From positions 620,001 to 684,000 of the forward strand of contig CP145423.1 in the NCBI GenBank assembly GCA_036867785.1: 64,000 bases of DNA, in the 5' to 3' direction. Below the pieces are notes generated by a model. The model was not told the DNA's origin, did not search any database, and was given only the letters and a program-made list of their open reading frames with translations. A program made the translations under genes and the position numbers. Positions 22,993 to 36,500 of this stretch are shown here, one piece after another; position 1 is the stretch's first letter; every line of letters starts with the position of its first letter. Source of the stretch: Plasmodiophora brassicae. Its lineage: Eukaryota.

Positions 22993-23153
22993 GGCGGTGC
23001 CGGCGACGTCGCAAACAATGGATTGGGTAGCGGGCGCAGACGGCGGAGTCCGTGGCGGCCTGGCCAATATATGGCAGAGCCCTAAAAACGACGCGGGCCA
23101 CGGAGTCCGCACCCGTCGGCGCAGTCGCTGTCGCTCCACAATTGTCGTCCACG

Positions 23154-23390
23154 ATGGCCGTCGACCCCGCCAAGTACACGCCGCGCAAGTGCTCGGCCAC
23201 CAACCGGGTCATCACGGCCAAGGACCACGCCAGCGTCCAGATCAACGTCGGCGAGGTTGACGAGAACGGCCTGCACACGGGCGCGTACACGACGTTCGCC
23301 TTCAGCGGCTACATTCGGCAGAAGGCCGAGTCCGACGCCTGGCTCACCAAGCTGGCGGCCCAGAACGGCATCATCAACAACATCTTCTAA
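23154..23390 (+). CDS. RPS21: 40S ribosomal protein S21 (eS21)
   Basis: YTPRKCSATNRVITAKDHASVQINVGEVDENG...SGYIRQKAESD. Confidence 0.95.
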   Translation: MAVDPAKYTPRKCSATNRVITAKDHASVQINVGEVDENGLHTGAYTTFAFSGYIRQKAESDAWLTKLAAQNGIINNIF

Positions 23391-23635
23391 AACGCAAACC
23401 CTGTCCTTGCCGTACGACATTTCGTGTTATGTAAAACCGCCAAGTGTCCCCGAACGGCAGTACGTACGATATGCTGCGGCTACCGCGCCGACTCACACAC
23501 CCTGCGACACGCGTGCCGCCGTCGAAGCGTGAGTAGTGATCGTTGCCACCGGCTCTGTCGGGAAGGTATTTGCTGGACTTGGCGGGAGACGTTGCCACCC
23601 GTAGTAGTGGGTCACTGGGCATCAGTTGGGTCTCC

Positions 23636-24387
23636 ATGGTTTCCGCCGTTCCGACCGTCAGCGCCGAAGCCAGGTCATACTCCATCATGCAGGACAGGTG
23701 CCGGTGCGAGTACCGGGTCGACCGCCATATCCTGCGTCATCTGCACGGCCAATGCCGTCCCTGTTCGTGTTCAGCCAGGTCGTCGTTGTTATCGGTCTGC
23801 ATGCGGCCTGCGCCCGTTCTGTCCGGGATGAATTATCCTGGCTTCGACAGCAGACCGCCGATGGTGAGTTGCACGAGGTCCATCGTCAATCGGGATGTCC
23901 TGGCGGTGCACGATGCTATGACGCCATCCTGGTGCCGCCGGGAGGCAACCTGAAGATGCCCGGTGATCGCAGTGGCGTGCGGCACGTGCTGAAGGCGAGG
24001 CTGTCTGCCAAGCTGCACGCCATGAGCAGGACACGACAGCAGTACCCGATCGAGGTCGTCCTGCGCATTGCCATCTTCAAGGGATACCCGCACGAACACC
24101 CGCCGTCGATCGCCATCGCCGACCGCAACGGCCTGCGACGGGCCGACCTGGAACGACTGGAACGCGTCCTGCAGGGCATCGTCGCCGACCGGCAATGCAA
24201 CGAGAAGATCGTCGCTGCTGGACAGCGCGTGATGACGTTCCTGTCCAGCCCGAACGACAAATGCAGGAAGCAGGTCGTCAAGTACTACATCGAGGACGTT
24301 ATCGTCGTCGTCATTGTCCTGTTCTTCCTGTACCAGTATATGCTGTACAGCATGCACCGTCCTGTCGTCCATGTGGCTCGCCGGTAA
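23636..24387 (+). CDS. RWD-domain protein with C-terminal TM helix (5' exon structure uncertain)
   Basis: LRIAIFKGYPHEHPPSIAI matches the RWD YPxxxP motif; VIVVVIVLFFLYQYMLY hydrophobic helix. Confidence 0.6.
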
Positions 24388-24462
24388 CCGCATAATGAAC
24401 GGGCCACGACGCGTTATACGTACTGCTATGCGTTATATTGGAGCACAAGGGCGACGATACGA

Positions 24463-25995
24463 TCAGGTCCCCATCGGTTTGATATCGCCCAGCCAGACCT
24501 TGTTCTGCCAGTCGTATCGTTGGCCGCAGCGTCCTGTGGACCCGCCCGCCAGGTTGATGCCAGCGAACTCCAGGTACGCCTCGTAGGACCGTTCGGAGCC
24601 CATGCCGAGGTCGTCGATCTCGCTGAGATCCACGGCCAGGGCCGCGTCCGAAGGCAACGTTGTGCCGAGTAGGTACCGCGCACGCGCCTGCGACAACTCG
24701 CAGGTGCCCGCCCAGCTATTCGATTCGGCGTATACGTTCTTGGCCCTGCCGCCGTACTTGTGGTCCACAATGTTCTTCGTCGGCGTGAAGATGTCCCAGC
24801 CGGACGTCCACAGGCGCGCTGAGATCCTAAACAAAGCAGCAGTCAGATCAAGATCCGTTCGGATGCGTTGTTGCTGTTGTTCTTGTTGAGCCACATACAA
24901 GAGCTCCTCGCCATGGAACAGGTACGGGACGTACTTGTCGAATGGGACATCGACGACCCATTGGCCCCGTCCGACGATCATGCCGCCGCCAATGAACGGG
25001 GTCACACAGGTCGTCGGTGCCTGACCCGGGACCTGGGCGATGCCCGGCGAGCGATTCTCGCCCGTGCACCAGTCGCTGAGCGTGATGAACAGGCCGGGTG
25101 GCGCGTCGGCGTGCTGTTTCACACAGCAGATCCTGTTCGACACCAGTCAGCTGTGATGCAGTCGGAGGGCAACAATGGGGGTTACCAGTCGATGCTGTCG
25201 GCATTGTTCATGTCGGTGTCGTCGGGCGGCGGGTAATGCGACAGGATGCCACGGTGCGGATCCGGCAGGCGGTCAATCTGTGCCATGAGCGACGTGTCCC
25301 AGTTGGGAGCGAAATGGCTGTGCGAGTCGATCTGCAGGTAGAACTCCTCGCCCTCATACAGCTTGCTGGCTGGGAATGACCCGCACGTCAGAACACTCGC
25401 ATTACAGGGCCAGGCAGGCGACTTGACCAATGTATCGGGCATGGGTCGGCCCAGCGCCCGCCGACGCCGGCACGCGTACGTGCCGTACCTGGCCGTGATA
25501 TTTCGGGTCCAGCATTGATTCGCACGGCACATCGTCGCTATCATCGGACAGCTTCACCTGATCCACCAACCCGACATAGACGTTCATCGGGTATTGGGCC
25601 TTGTCGAATAGATCGGCTAACGTCGATGGACACAGGTCATCACGGAACGACGCCAGTGACACGAACACAGTGCGTTGTCGACTGTCTCGAATCAGGCTGG
25701 AAACACGCTCCCTGAAGCCTTGTACAGACTCGTCGAAGTATGGCAAGTCGTGTTCCGTGTACGTGTGCTCGTCCATTGTCATCAGTTTCGAATACAGGGG
25801 GGACGGTTGAACAGCGATACGAGCCGGTGTCAAGGCGACGCGCAGCGCGATACCACAGATGAAGGTGACAACTGCCAGCGATAAGATAGCTGCCAGGCGA
25901 CGAGTCAGAAACGCCCTGTCACCAAGAGCCTTGTCCCAATCAGATTTGGCTTCAGTGCCGATCGGCCGCGATCGTGTCGACGTCAGCGGGAGCAT
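24463..25995 (-). CDS. GT60-family polypeptide alpha-GlcNAc transferase (type II membrane), with introns
   Basis: VFVSLASFRDDLC, GPTHARY, YLQIDSHSHF, ILSHYPP, VPFD...YLFHGEE and SARLWTSGWDIFTP motifs of the Gnt1/Gnt2-like family; N-terminal TM helix. Confidence 0.85.
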
Positions 25996-26711
25996 CTAGA
26001 GGTAGAGAGGCGGCGGCCAGAGCGGGCCGCGATCGACGGGACAGATCCGCTGTCGGTATTCGACAGTGGGACTGGCACTCGACACAGCAAGTGAGCCGAT
26101 CGACTGCGGCCTTCAATCCTGGACCGCATGCATGGCCGCCAGTGGCGGGGACACATGACCAAGGGCTCATATTATCCGAGGTGATCCATAATCCGGGGAA
26201 TGCTCGCGCTTCGTACCCAGATGTTTGCACAAGGCCTTCGTTATAAAAGAGTAGTAAACAGCCCGTATCCGGCGCCATCCATACCAATAACGTCGCACAC
26301 CGGTGACCTGACGTGACTTGTAGACAGACTTGGCCGCCCAGCCCTACCCAACCATAGGGTGCGTCCGATTGACATTACAGTTCGCAGTACCCCTACAGTA
26401 ACCCCTTCTATTCAGTCCCAGCGAATATCAACCAGGTTCCAGGCTGTCGAACTCCACGAGCTCCTGCAGTGCTCGACGGGCAGCATTACGCGCGGCGCGA
26501 CATGCCCGCCCGGATATCCCCGCAGTCCGAGGAGTGCAACACTTAGGGGTGGCAAGTCGTCTATGGCTCTGTATAATACACCCGAGGTCCTGTATAATAC
26601 GAAAAAGTGTACAATACCTGTATAATACTGGTGAATAATACAGGTATTTAATACAGCCTATTGGAAATGCATTCAAAGATGTGTGTATTCATTCCGAGAT
26701 GGATCAGGGCC

Positions 26712-29700
26712 TCAGACGCTCAGGGACGTTGCGTCCACATCTTGAAAACCTTGCCAGTGGACAAGAAGTTCAAGATCGCCGGTGACAGGGTCCGATCGCA
26801 TGTCGGAGATACGATCAACGATGTAGGTGTTACCAGTCAAAGCAATATTGTGCAACATGTCCGAGGTGACATTCAATGACGAATCATGATAAAACATCAA
26901 TCGTTGGGCATGGATCTCAGTAACATCGTCGGTTAGAAGATTACGAACAGAGTAGACATGCTGGTTAACAGGCGAGATGATCTCACACGGCCCAGTCCAA
27001 TTGTACGAAGTTTTACGTCCCGAACGTTTCGCAACGAACGTAGTCTCCAGGGGCGAAATTAATCGGTTGGACATTGCGGCGATTCAAACGCGACTTGTGT
27101 TGTTGAGCGCGTTGTTTGGTGATACGATGCGACGCATCAGAATGAATATTCTCCAGGGCGTCAATGAGTTCGGACGTTAACTCAACGATGCGAGCAGGTG
27201 TAAGCGGAACATCAACGACAGAATCCAATCGTGAAATGAAGATCGAAGATAGAAGAGTCGATGGTTCCAGACCAGTAAATATTGCGACAGGTGCATAACC
27301 AATGCGAGGTCGAACTGTATGATTGATTGCCATATTGACAAGTGGTAGCACAGACGGCCAATCCTGAAAAATCAATCCGAATTCAGATAAAAGTGTTTTC
27401 AGTAGGAAGAGAATTCTTCGATTAACAATCTCGACGGTGTCATTAGCCCATGGCGTATAGGCCGTTGTGAAATGATGTGCGATGTGCAAGCGCGACAGAA
27501 GTTCATCAATCACTTTATTCATGAAATGTGAACCTTGATCAGATACGTGCTGGCGAACGATGCCAAATCGTTTAAACCAATCCATCATTGATTCAGCAAC
27601 GGATATGTGATCCGCAGATTCAACTGGGACTAATTCGACGAAGCCAGAGAAATCGTCTTTCAGAACCAAGACATATTGATACATGTGGTGGAAACCCGCA
27701 CGGGGCTTCTCGATAAACAGGAAATCGTAGTGTAAGAACTTGTTTGGTAGTGACGCATGCATCGCGTAGCCAAACGGACGTGGGATAACCACACCGTTGC
27801 GATTGCGCAAGCAATGTAAAAAGTGGTGTACGTCGAACAGAATCATCGATATCCTCCCACAAGAAATGTTGGCGGATCAAAGTGAGTGTGTTATCAGAGG
27901 TCAGATGGCCTGACAAACCCATATGAGCGATAACCATAATACGAAGTTGAAGTGGACCAGTAGGAATCCAGATAGGACCATCAAGAACCGCCCAGGCGCC
28001 AGATTCATTGCGACGCAAAGCGACAGGAAAACCTTCAAGTTCCAAATCTCCTTCAGTGGGCAACGAAATGCCAGAAGAACGAAAGAATGCAAGCTGCGAC
28101 TCAACAATGTCTGTAATAGTCGGCCATACAAATTCATCGTGAATGCAATAGTCGCGAAAGCGAACTGCTTTCATGGAAAGACGTAGGGAACATGTAGACA
28201 AACAGTACCTGACACTTCCGGAGTAACAGGAGCCCCCCCCAAAGTGTGCCAAGATCAGCCCAGATATTCTCATCACCTGGAATATGCTCGATTTCAAAGT
28301 TCAAGAATTCAAGCTGCAAACGCCATCGCTCCAAACGATCACCAGTGGTACGACTGGGAGATGTCATATACCGATAGGGATCCAGAATAAACGCGAGGTT
28401 TCGATGGTCAGTGAAGATTCGAAAAGGCAATGAAGTATACAGGAAATGCTTCAAACGGAAACAACCTTCAACAATTGCAAACGCTTCCTTCTCAATAGTA
28501 GCCCAGCGTAACTGGTTGTCTTTAAACGAACCAGAAATGAACGCCAGTGGTTCGTGCTGCTGTTCATCATAAGACTTAACAAGATCGCTGTACGGGATCT
28601 GAGTCAAGAATACAGACCAAAACTGGTTCGATGCATCGGGAAACATACAAACTATCCAACCGTCTTTGGGATGAGCGGTCGTCATCAGGTTAGCCAGAAT
28701 TTCCTTCAAAGCTTCAAAACTTCGAGAATGTTGATCTCCCCAACCGATATGGTCGAGTCGAATACGACGAAGCTGACGCTTCTTCAGAGAACCAATCGAA
28801 CGCGAAGCTTCCAACAATAACTGCTGCAGTGGATGTACACGTTCAGCGAAACGCGGAATAGCAGACCGCATCCAGTTCAGTCCACATATAAACTGCTGCA
28901 GATCAGCGGCAGTCTGCGGGATCGACATCGCCTTCAGAGCGCAAATCATGTCAGGATCGTACGAAACACCTTCAGACGAAATGATGCGTCCACACCACTT
29001 CACCCTCTTCAAAAACAGATGACAGCGATTTGGGTTGCACTTAACACCAAATGATGCAAACTTCTTCAGAATCCGCTTCAAAACAGTGAAGTACTCCTTG
29101 AAGTCGGAGACGTAGCCAAGAACATCATCAATCCAAAGGAGAACACATAAATACAAGAGCTCGCCCAAAACTTCCTGCATCCCAGATTGGAAAGCAAAGA
29201 CAGCATCGCAGATGCCTTGCATGATGCGTTTGGGTGTGAAATTTCCCTCATGCGTCATAAACGAACAAATTTCCTGCGAATCGACATGCAGGGGAAACTG
29301 CCAATAGCCTTTGAAGGCGTCGAATAACATGAATATCGTTGCCGTCCGTAGATACATAAGAACGACATCCAAATGCGGCATAGGCCAAGCCACACGTTCA
29401 ATCTGCCGATTGACGGGGCGATAATCAGCGGTCATGCGATAACCACGATTACTAAAGTCCTTCTTCTCGTGAACGTCGGTTCTGGAAGCATATCGGGACT
29501 GAGGGTTCCGATATATAAAATCGTTCTCCAGTAGACTCGCACAATGTTCATGCAAGAATTGCTGGTGAGGTATGGGGTACTTCCCGGCTCCACATGCTAC
29601 AGGTTGAGCGTCATGTTTCAAATGCAATTTCATGGGAGTCACCTTCACTGGCGGTATTCGATCCAGTTTAACTCGCCATACATCATGATGATCATACACG

Positions 29701-32532
29701 ATACGACGTAACTCATTCTTGTGTTCAGGTGGTAGTCCTTCCTCAACGGCGCGATCCACCATGTTATCAAAGGCCTTGTCAACTTCCGATTTGTCGAAGT
29801 CGCCTACATCAACGAAATAATCAGCGCCAGTCCTCTTCGTTTAAAGTCCCAACACGAAAACGCTTCGTTGTCAAACTCTGGAGTCGGTCTTCATAGCTAC
29901 ATACAAGTTCCACACTGTCAGTACTGTTGGAGTACTTATCCTCGAAAATATCATCGGGGTTAATGCCGAGAATGTCGAGCTCGCGTCGGCCAATAAGGAT
30001 GACGTTATCGCTCAATTCATCTCTGGAGACTAGACATTCCACTCGGCGTAGGGTGACTTGAGTACCCTGTTGAGATGTAAACGTCAGATCTAAAATCGCC
30101 ATTCCAATCATGGTTGCAATCTCATCGGCTTTAGCGAGTTTGCTGATTACAGGCTTTTCGAATTTCCTATACGACACAAACGATTTGCTTTGGATGATAT
30201 CCAACTGGGTCAGAGACAGCGTTGTCGCCGTACAGCCACTGTCGAATTCATACTGGAATGATATGCAATCCTGTACACGTACCGAGCCCAACGAGGCATT
30301 TCCGGATGTCGCTCGTTTGTGCTCTGGGGAACTGACGGAACTTGATCTTTCTGTTGATTCTGCTGATTCTTCTCTTTGATCTGGGTCAGCAATTCCTTAC
30401 GCTTCTCAGGTGTGACTTTCGTGCATAAGGGCAACCAATGATCGCCTTTGCAGAAGGCACATCCACCTTCCGGCGGTTTCTTCCTCTCATACTTTTCCCT
30501 AACATGATCAGGGATCTTAGCAGCGGGCTGTTTACCTGAATGTTCAGTCTTCTTCGTAGACTGGTTCGTGCCGCTGTCTTGTTGCTGCCGGTGTTGCGTC
30601 CGCCGCCGCCACCGTTTCCACCGCCACCATTGCCGTGGTTGTTTTTCTTTTCGGCTCGGTGTCCACCGTTGACCAGACGCCTTTCTTTGCGAATTCGGCT
30701 AATGTGGTTGCGTTGTTGTTCGTCGGCTAGCTTGTCTACGAGGTCAAAGAATTTAATCTCGTCATACCAAGCATCCTCATGATCACCGAATTCGATTTCC
30801 TCGAAGATCGCGCCCGCTGAGCCGATACCACGTCAACCGGTGCATCGGCGCGATGGACCGGCTCGAGTCGATCGTCGACTGGCGCGTTCGTGCCGCCCAC
30901 TACGACAAGGCCGATCCGGGCGCCGCCCTGGACATGATTGCCGTTCAGCTCAACGATCCCGCTCGCCTGTTCCCGCAGGCGCCGCCGATCCCGCCTGAAC
31001 GTCGACTCGTCCCGCGTCGCATGCCGAATCCAAGGGCGCCGACCTTCCGGCTGTCAGAGCAGCAGCAGCGCTGGATGTTTGCGACGGGCGTCGTCATCGA
31101 GGCCGCCAAGGCGTGGTGCCTGCACGGCGAGCCGATCGCGATCTCGGCGCAAGGGCTGGCATCGTTCGGCGGCCGCGCCGCGCTCGACAACGACCCGTTG
31201 GTGGTCGACCCTGACAATCAGGCGGCAAGAACGGCCGTGTTGGCGGCCGAGCAGGCCATGCGCGAAGAGTTTAGTGGCGAGGCCGGCCCGCAGCAGGTCG
31301 ATGACGACGACGAGCACGACAACGGCGCCGGCATCGTTCGGGATGGCGGCCGGGGCGTGCGCGACAACGGCCCGGAGGTTCGCGAGCAGCACCAGCAGCA
31401 ACTGGAGGTCATGGACGCGATCGGCATCGATCGGGATGGCGGCCGGGATGCGCGCGCCAACGCTCAGGACGGCGCGCGAGACGCGCAAGCGGCCCGACCG
31501 GTCGGATCCGGCAGGGATCTAGCGGGCACGCGCCCCAGTCGATCGACGCAGTCACCCGGCATCCTGTACCAAGGCCGCTGTCAGCAAGCAAGGCAAGACG
31601 AGGCACGTGGCGCGACATACCTGCTGGCAAGGGCGATCGCACTGGATGTCGTCGCCAGATGCGTCGCCGCGGCGGGATCGACGTACGCGCCTGGCGATAC
31701 CGTCACAGAGCCGGCTGCACCGACGGTACCCGGCAATGACGAGGCGGCATCGCCGGCGCGCTGCATCATCGACGTGCGCAAGCTCACAGCGCCGTCGTCG
31801 TCGAGATGGCATCCGCCCTGAAATAGCGGCCGCCACGGAGCGCGTCCGTGATCGCGCACCGCCCCTCATCTTCGTCGCCTGCGCTGGATCACTGATCCAG
31901 CTGCAGCCGCAACGCCTCGTCGTTGCATTCTCGTCGCTTTAGCGTGTGAATACACAGACAAGTCCCCCCTTTAACTCCTGCGGTCGAATACCTTCATACA
32001 GGATCTTGATTTTCTTCTTCACCTTCTTTTCCGTTCCTTTCTACTTGTCGTCCAGATGACGGTCACGTACGAATCTGTTGAATTTGCCGAACAAATCGTC
32101 CACTCGCTCGTGGCTCGACTGAATCGACATGTCCATGATAACGGTCTTCTTCAGCAACTCTTTCAGGTTGTGTTCTTTGTTTCCTTTCGCGTTCCTTTTC
32201 TGTACTGCTTGTAGGTACGCTAAAAGATCATCGTCAGTGACTTCATCGAGAGGTTTTCGAATACGATACTGTGCGATGTCATCCAGTTCGTCGTCATCGA
32301 TACACTCTCGCAGTGCCTGCCGGTGTATGTCCTCACCGTGGAATTTCCTGCGTTGTTCAATACGGTTACAATACTTCTTGTACCGCTTCAGAAATGTCGT
32401 TATCTCCTCGAAGTTCTTTGACTTCAACGTCGGAGCAACAATCGGCATGAAGAGAGGCCTACCTCCCCACTGCGCGGTCTCATCATCACTCGACTGGCCG
32501 ATGCCATACTCGACCAACCGTCCCTTTGACAT
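26712..32532 (-). mobile_element. Degenerate Ty3/Gypsy chromovirus-like retrotransposon (gag, protease, RT, RNase H, integrase, chromodomain); gag split by an insertion
   Basis: Zn knuckle CAFCKGDHWLPLC, protease FDSG, RT WIDD, RNase H DAS...EKEA...TDHRNL, integrase LKDDFS...SDQG...VE, chromodomain LLVHWQGF; several frameshifts; no paired LTRs found. Confidence 0.92.
30853..31821 (+). CDS. Hypothetical GC-rich intronless ORF (322 aa) in a 1.15-kb insert within gag
   Basis: Long ORF with host-like composition, unlike the flanking AT-richer retroelement. Confidence 0.5.
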   Translation: MDRLESIVDWRVRAAHYDKADPGAALDMIAVQLNDPARLFPQAPPIPPERRLVPRRMPNPRAPTFRLSEQQQRWMFATGVVIEAAKAWCLHGEPIAISAQGLASFGGRAALDNDPLVVDPDNQAARTAVLAAEQAMREEFSGEAGPQQVDDDDEHDNGAGIVRDGGRGVRDNGPEVREQHQQQLEVMDAIGIDRDGGRDARANAQDGARDAQAARPVGSGRDLAGTRPSRSTQSPGILYQGRCQQARQDEARGATYLLARAIALDVVARCVAAAGSTYAPGDTVTEPAAPTVPGNDEAASPARCIIDVRKLTAPSSSRWHPP

Positions 32533-32774
32533 GGGAGAGTCTCGATAGCGCCAAAGTTGTCGCTAGAAACGTTTCTGTACTTGGCGTGTCGTCACGAGCC
32601 CGACGCTCTCAAGGACGCCGACAACAGCTCACGACGACTCAGCAAACAATAGGAGACTGCCTTTATTCCTGGGTACAATGTGACGATCAGTAGTCGATCT
32701 ACTACCTTTGTAGTACACAGAAGCCGGAGACGTTCTGTCTGGTAGACAGAGAAACGAAACGCACAGCCTACCAC

Positions 32775-33271
32775 GTGATGATACTGGATCTGGGACTGAC
32801 GACGACGGCAGTTGAACTGATCACTCGCCGGCGCCGATGCCTTGTATGGGATATTCCTGAAAAGGAAATCATCCTAGGGGAGAGGCTGTTAGACGATTTG
32901 GGTATCCACCCAAAAAAGGCCCTGGACGTACGCACGCCGAAGAAGGGGAATGACGTCATGGATGAAGTGCAAAATATGGCAAACGAGGTGCCACCTCTCT
33001 GGGAAGGGGAGGAAGAGGAAACAGAGGATGTGAGGATCGGAACCGATTCCACAGACTCCCTGGAAAGGGAGATGGACGGGATGGTCGAGCGCGCATTGAG
33101 GAATGGCCTACCGCAAGCGATGGTGAAATCGCTTCGGAAACTCGTCAGACGATATAGGGACGTTTGGCGTATGAGCATCGGACCTGATGGTCCAGCCAGG
33201 GTTACACCATTTGTCACGGAGCTGAAACCGGATGCGGAACCTTACAGGTGCCGAGCCAGAAAATACAGTAT
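32775..33271 (+). mobile_element. Gypsy pol fragment (end of protease to start of RT), truncated by an LTR
   Basis: CLVWDIPEKEIILGERLLDDLGIHP...DVWRMSIGPDGPARVTPF...PYRCRARKYS, homologous to the ORF at 36226-38007. Confidence 0.85.
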
Positions 33272-33535
33272 TGTGACATCTCTCAATCTAGCATTGAGAC
33301 GTTGTCATCGAAACGCACTTCGAATTCTGATTTATTCCTGGCCCTCTGGTCTGCCAACCTCCAGTGTGCCTCCGGAGTCCGCCACGGTCTCCGGAGTCCG
33401 TGGTCTATTCTTGGAACACACGACGGGCCTTCAGGACTGTTGACTGAGCTTGCCCGGAGTTTCCGGTAGTGATGGTCTTGCAGGGTGTGACCGTGATCAA
33501 CATCATAGGTGCAGCTAGGCTGGACATATGATACA
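33272..33535 (-). repeat. 3' LTR of the minus-strand Gypsy element
   Basis: TG...CA termini, minus-strand AATAAA, and polypurine tract GAGGGGAG immediately upstream on the minus strand (33536-33543). Confidence 0.75.
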
Positions 33536-36500
33536 CTCCCCTCGACAAGCTAAAGTCCCTCCGTTATGCTTTTACCCTGTTGTTGGCGCTGCAGACGTCT
33601 TGTTGCACAGAATAAATCTTGTCTTGCACTTACAGTAGTTGAGCATGCTGGGAAAAATTATGTGGGAATCATTCTTCCGTAGGTTATGTTTTTCCTAGTC
33701 CGCCGCAAAGTCGTTTTGCGTCGGACCTCGATGACACGACGTCATCGATCGGCCCTGAGACCATGAAGTCCATTTCAAGGTACTGCTGGGCTTGCATCGT
33801 GCTCACCCGCTAAACCCACTAAAAACCAGTCTGCCCAGTGGCTACAACTGTGCGGTGTTCAGTTGCGGTGCCGTCGACGCTTGGCGTTGGCTGCTGCCTG
33901 GCCCGTTGACTTCCGCTTGGTCTTCACCTGTTTCGGTTGTGATGACCTTCGATTCACGACATTGGATTGTTGCGGCATCATGTCCTGCAACGCTGTTGCC
34001 AATGCATGACTTTTGTGTTCATCGATGAATTCCTGCACCATTCGTGGTTGGTCTTCAATGATGATTTGGGCTGGCTCCCATGATGATTCGTCATTGCTGA
34101 AACCTCGCCATTTGATGAGTAATTCCAAGGTATGTTCACGATTCATGCGTGCATCAGATATCGTGTCAATTTCCCATTTGGCGTTGTCATAGGCGATTTG
34201 CTCCCTGAGCTCTTTGAGGTTTCTATCACAGTAGAATTGAAGTCGACTACCATGAACCACATGTTTGTCCCCGCTGATTATGTCTTCGACCTCGAAGACA
34301 TATCCCGAGTGGACGTTTGTGACACGGTATGGACTTCTCCATTTGAGAAATAATTTCTCACCAGCTCTGAGCGTTTCTGCTTGAAGGACGAAATCTCCCG
34401 GGTATACATTCGGCGGGATTCGATTTTCCGAAACCTTCTGCCGTCGTTGCGCTCTCTGGCGCTCACTGACATCAGCGACTTCCTTGTGCATCTGATTCAG
34501 TGCGGCTATCAGCTCATCAGTGAGCTTCACAATTTCATCAGAAGTCATTTCTGTGACATTGACTTGTGTTTCCCTGATAGGGTTGACGCAGATGCCATCC
34601 AGAGGGCTGTCAGGTTCCAGACCACTGTGAACCTGCACAGGCGCTCGGCCCCCAAGTCGTTGCTGTGGCCTATGGTTGAGCACATGCTCTACCACCTTCA
34701 GCAGCCATGGCCATTCTTCCTTCTGCCATCTCAAGTCTGAGCACAATGTGCGGAATAATGCCAGTACATGTCTGTTGACGATTTCCACCGTTCCGTTCGG
34801 GTAATGAATGTAAGCCGTCGTCCAATGCTGTTTGACATTACACAGCTTGTTGTACTCCCTAGTTACCTCTGACATGAAATATGATGCCTGGTCTGACACA
34901 ATTGTTTTAGGTGTGCCGTTCTTGGACCTCCATTCCATTAGTGCCTGTACCGTGACCAAGCTGTCAGGTACTATCGTTGGCACCAGGTGTACGAGTCCCG
35001 AGAAGTCGTCTCTCAATACCAGTATCCATTTGAAATCATGCCCCGCCTCTTCTTGTGACGGCATCATGTATAGGTAATCCATGTGAAGTACCTCTCCCCG
35101 TCTTTTTTGCATGGCATGCTGGACCCAATGGTCGTGGACGCACCTCACCACCTCGTGTGGGTCGACAGTGTAAGCAATTCTTCGCGATTTGCTTGATGTC
35201 CGCTGATATGCCATTCCAGAGGAATTTGCTTCGCAGGAGAAGCGTCATTTGGTTGATGCTACGATGTGCAAATCCTGCAGCATGTGCAATGACCGTCAAC
35301 CTGACTCTCATCTCCACATCTTCCGATGGGATTACAACCTGTCCTCGCTGGTTTACCCATAACCCAGCCTCGTTCTTCCTCAGGTTGCTTAGCTTATCCT
35401 TTGTGAAGAATTTCATTTGCCGTTCACTGATTTCAGTTTCCGTGGGCCAGATAAGCTTCTCGTCCAGTTTGGGTTGGACTCTGAATTTCTCAGCGAGTTG
35501 CCCCCAACGATTTTGGATTTCCGGATGTATCTCCTGATTCTCATTCTCCCCAACCGTGTTATTGAGTACACCGCGGTCATGGGTTTCCAGATGTATCTCC
35601 TGATCCTCATTCCCCACGCCCCCATTCGAAGCTTCCGGATAACTTTTCCGATCCTCATCACTTCGAATTCGGAGTATTCGGAAGACATTTGTGGTGTCCC
35701 CGTACTTTACTCGTCCGGTGTCGATTTGGTGTTCCAAATCAGCATCTCTTCCGAGACCAGTGTCCGCACCCCATCTCGTTTGCAGGTCAGCCCACACGTT
35801 CTTATCCCCAGGAATATGCTCAATGATGAAGTTGTACTTCCGCAACTTCATACCCCAGCGCTCCAGCCGTTCCGCTGCTGGCTGCGTGCACTTCTGTGGG
35901 TCATATATGTGCATCAAATTCCTGTGATCCGTGTACAGTCTGAATGGTTTTCCCGTCTGTAGGAGATATTCCAGTTTCTCCAGTACATCCACCAATGCGC
36001 TAGCTTCCTTATCTGGAGTCGCCCAGTTAAGTTCTGAACCCGCGAATTTGTGGCCTGAGAAGCCCAGTGGTTGATGATGAGCCTCCCAAATTGGACGATC
36101 TCTGTCTTCCATGGGAATTTGTGTTACCATTCCTGCCCTGTGGTACTTGCTTGCATCTGCAAACACACACTGGATCATATCCTTCCGTGGATATGCTAGT
36201 TGAGTGTTCCTCCCAATCAATTCCTTCAGCTTCTCAAAAGCTTTGTCATGAGTTCACTCCAGCCGTGCCGTCTCAGTCGTACTCCCCCGGCGACCGATCT
36301 GGTTCGCTTCGGCTGATCCTTCATGGATTTCTCATAGATTTCCTGCAGTGGTAGGGCAATACGGCTGTTCTCCGGTATTGACTTGCTCATCCACTGTACT
36401 GCATATAGGAATTGCTGCAAGTCTCTTGCAGTCCTGAGAGTCTGCATTTCTTGCAGCGCTCGAATTCGCTCTGGATCATGGGAGGTTCCCTCTGGCGTGA

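Noticed and set aside
32555-32775. Possible 5' LTR and PBS (TGGCGCTATC) of the first Gypsy element
   Set aside because: No matching second LTR in the window, so boundaries cannot be supported.
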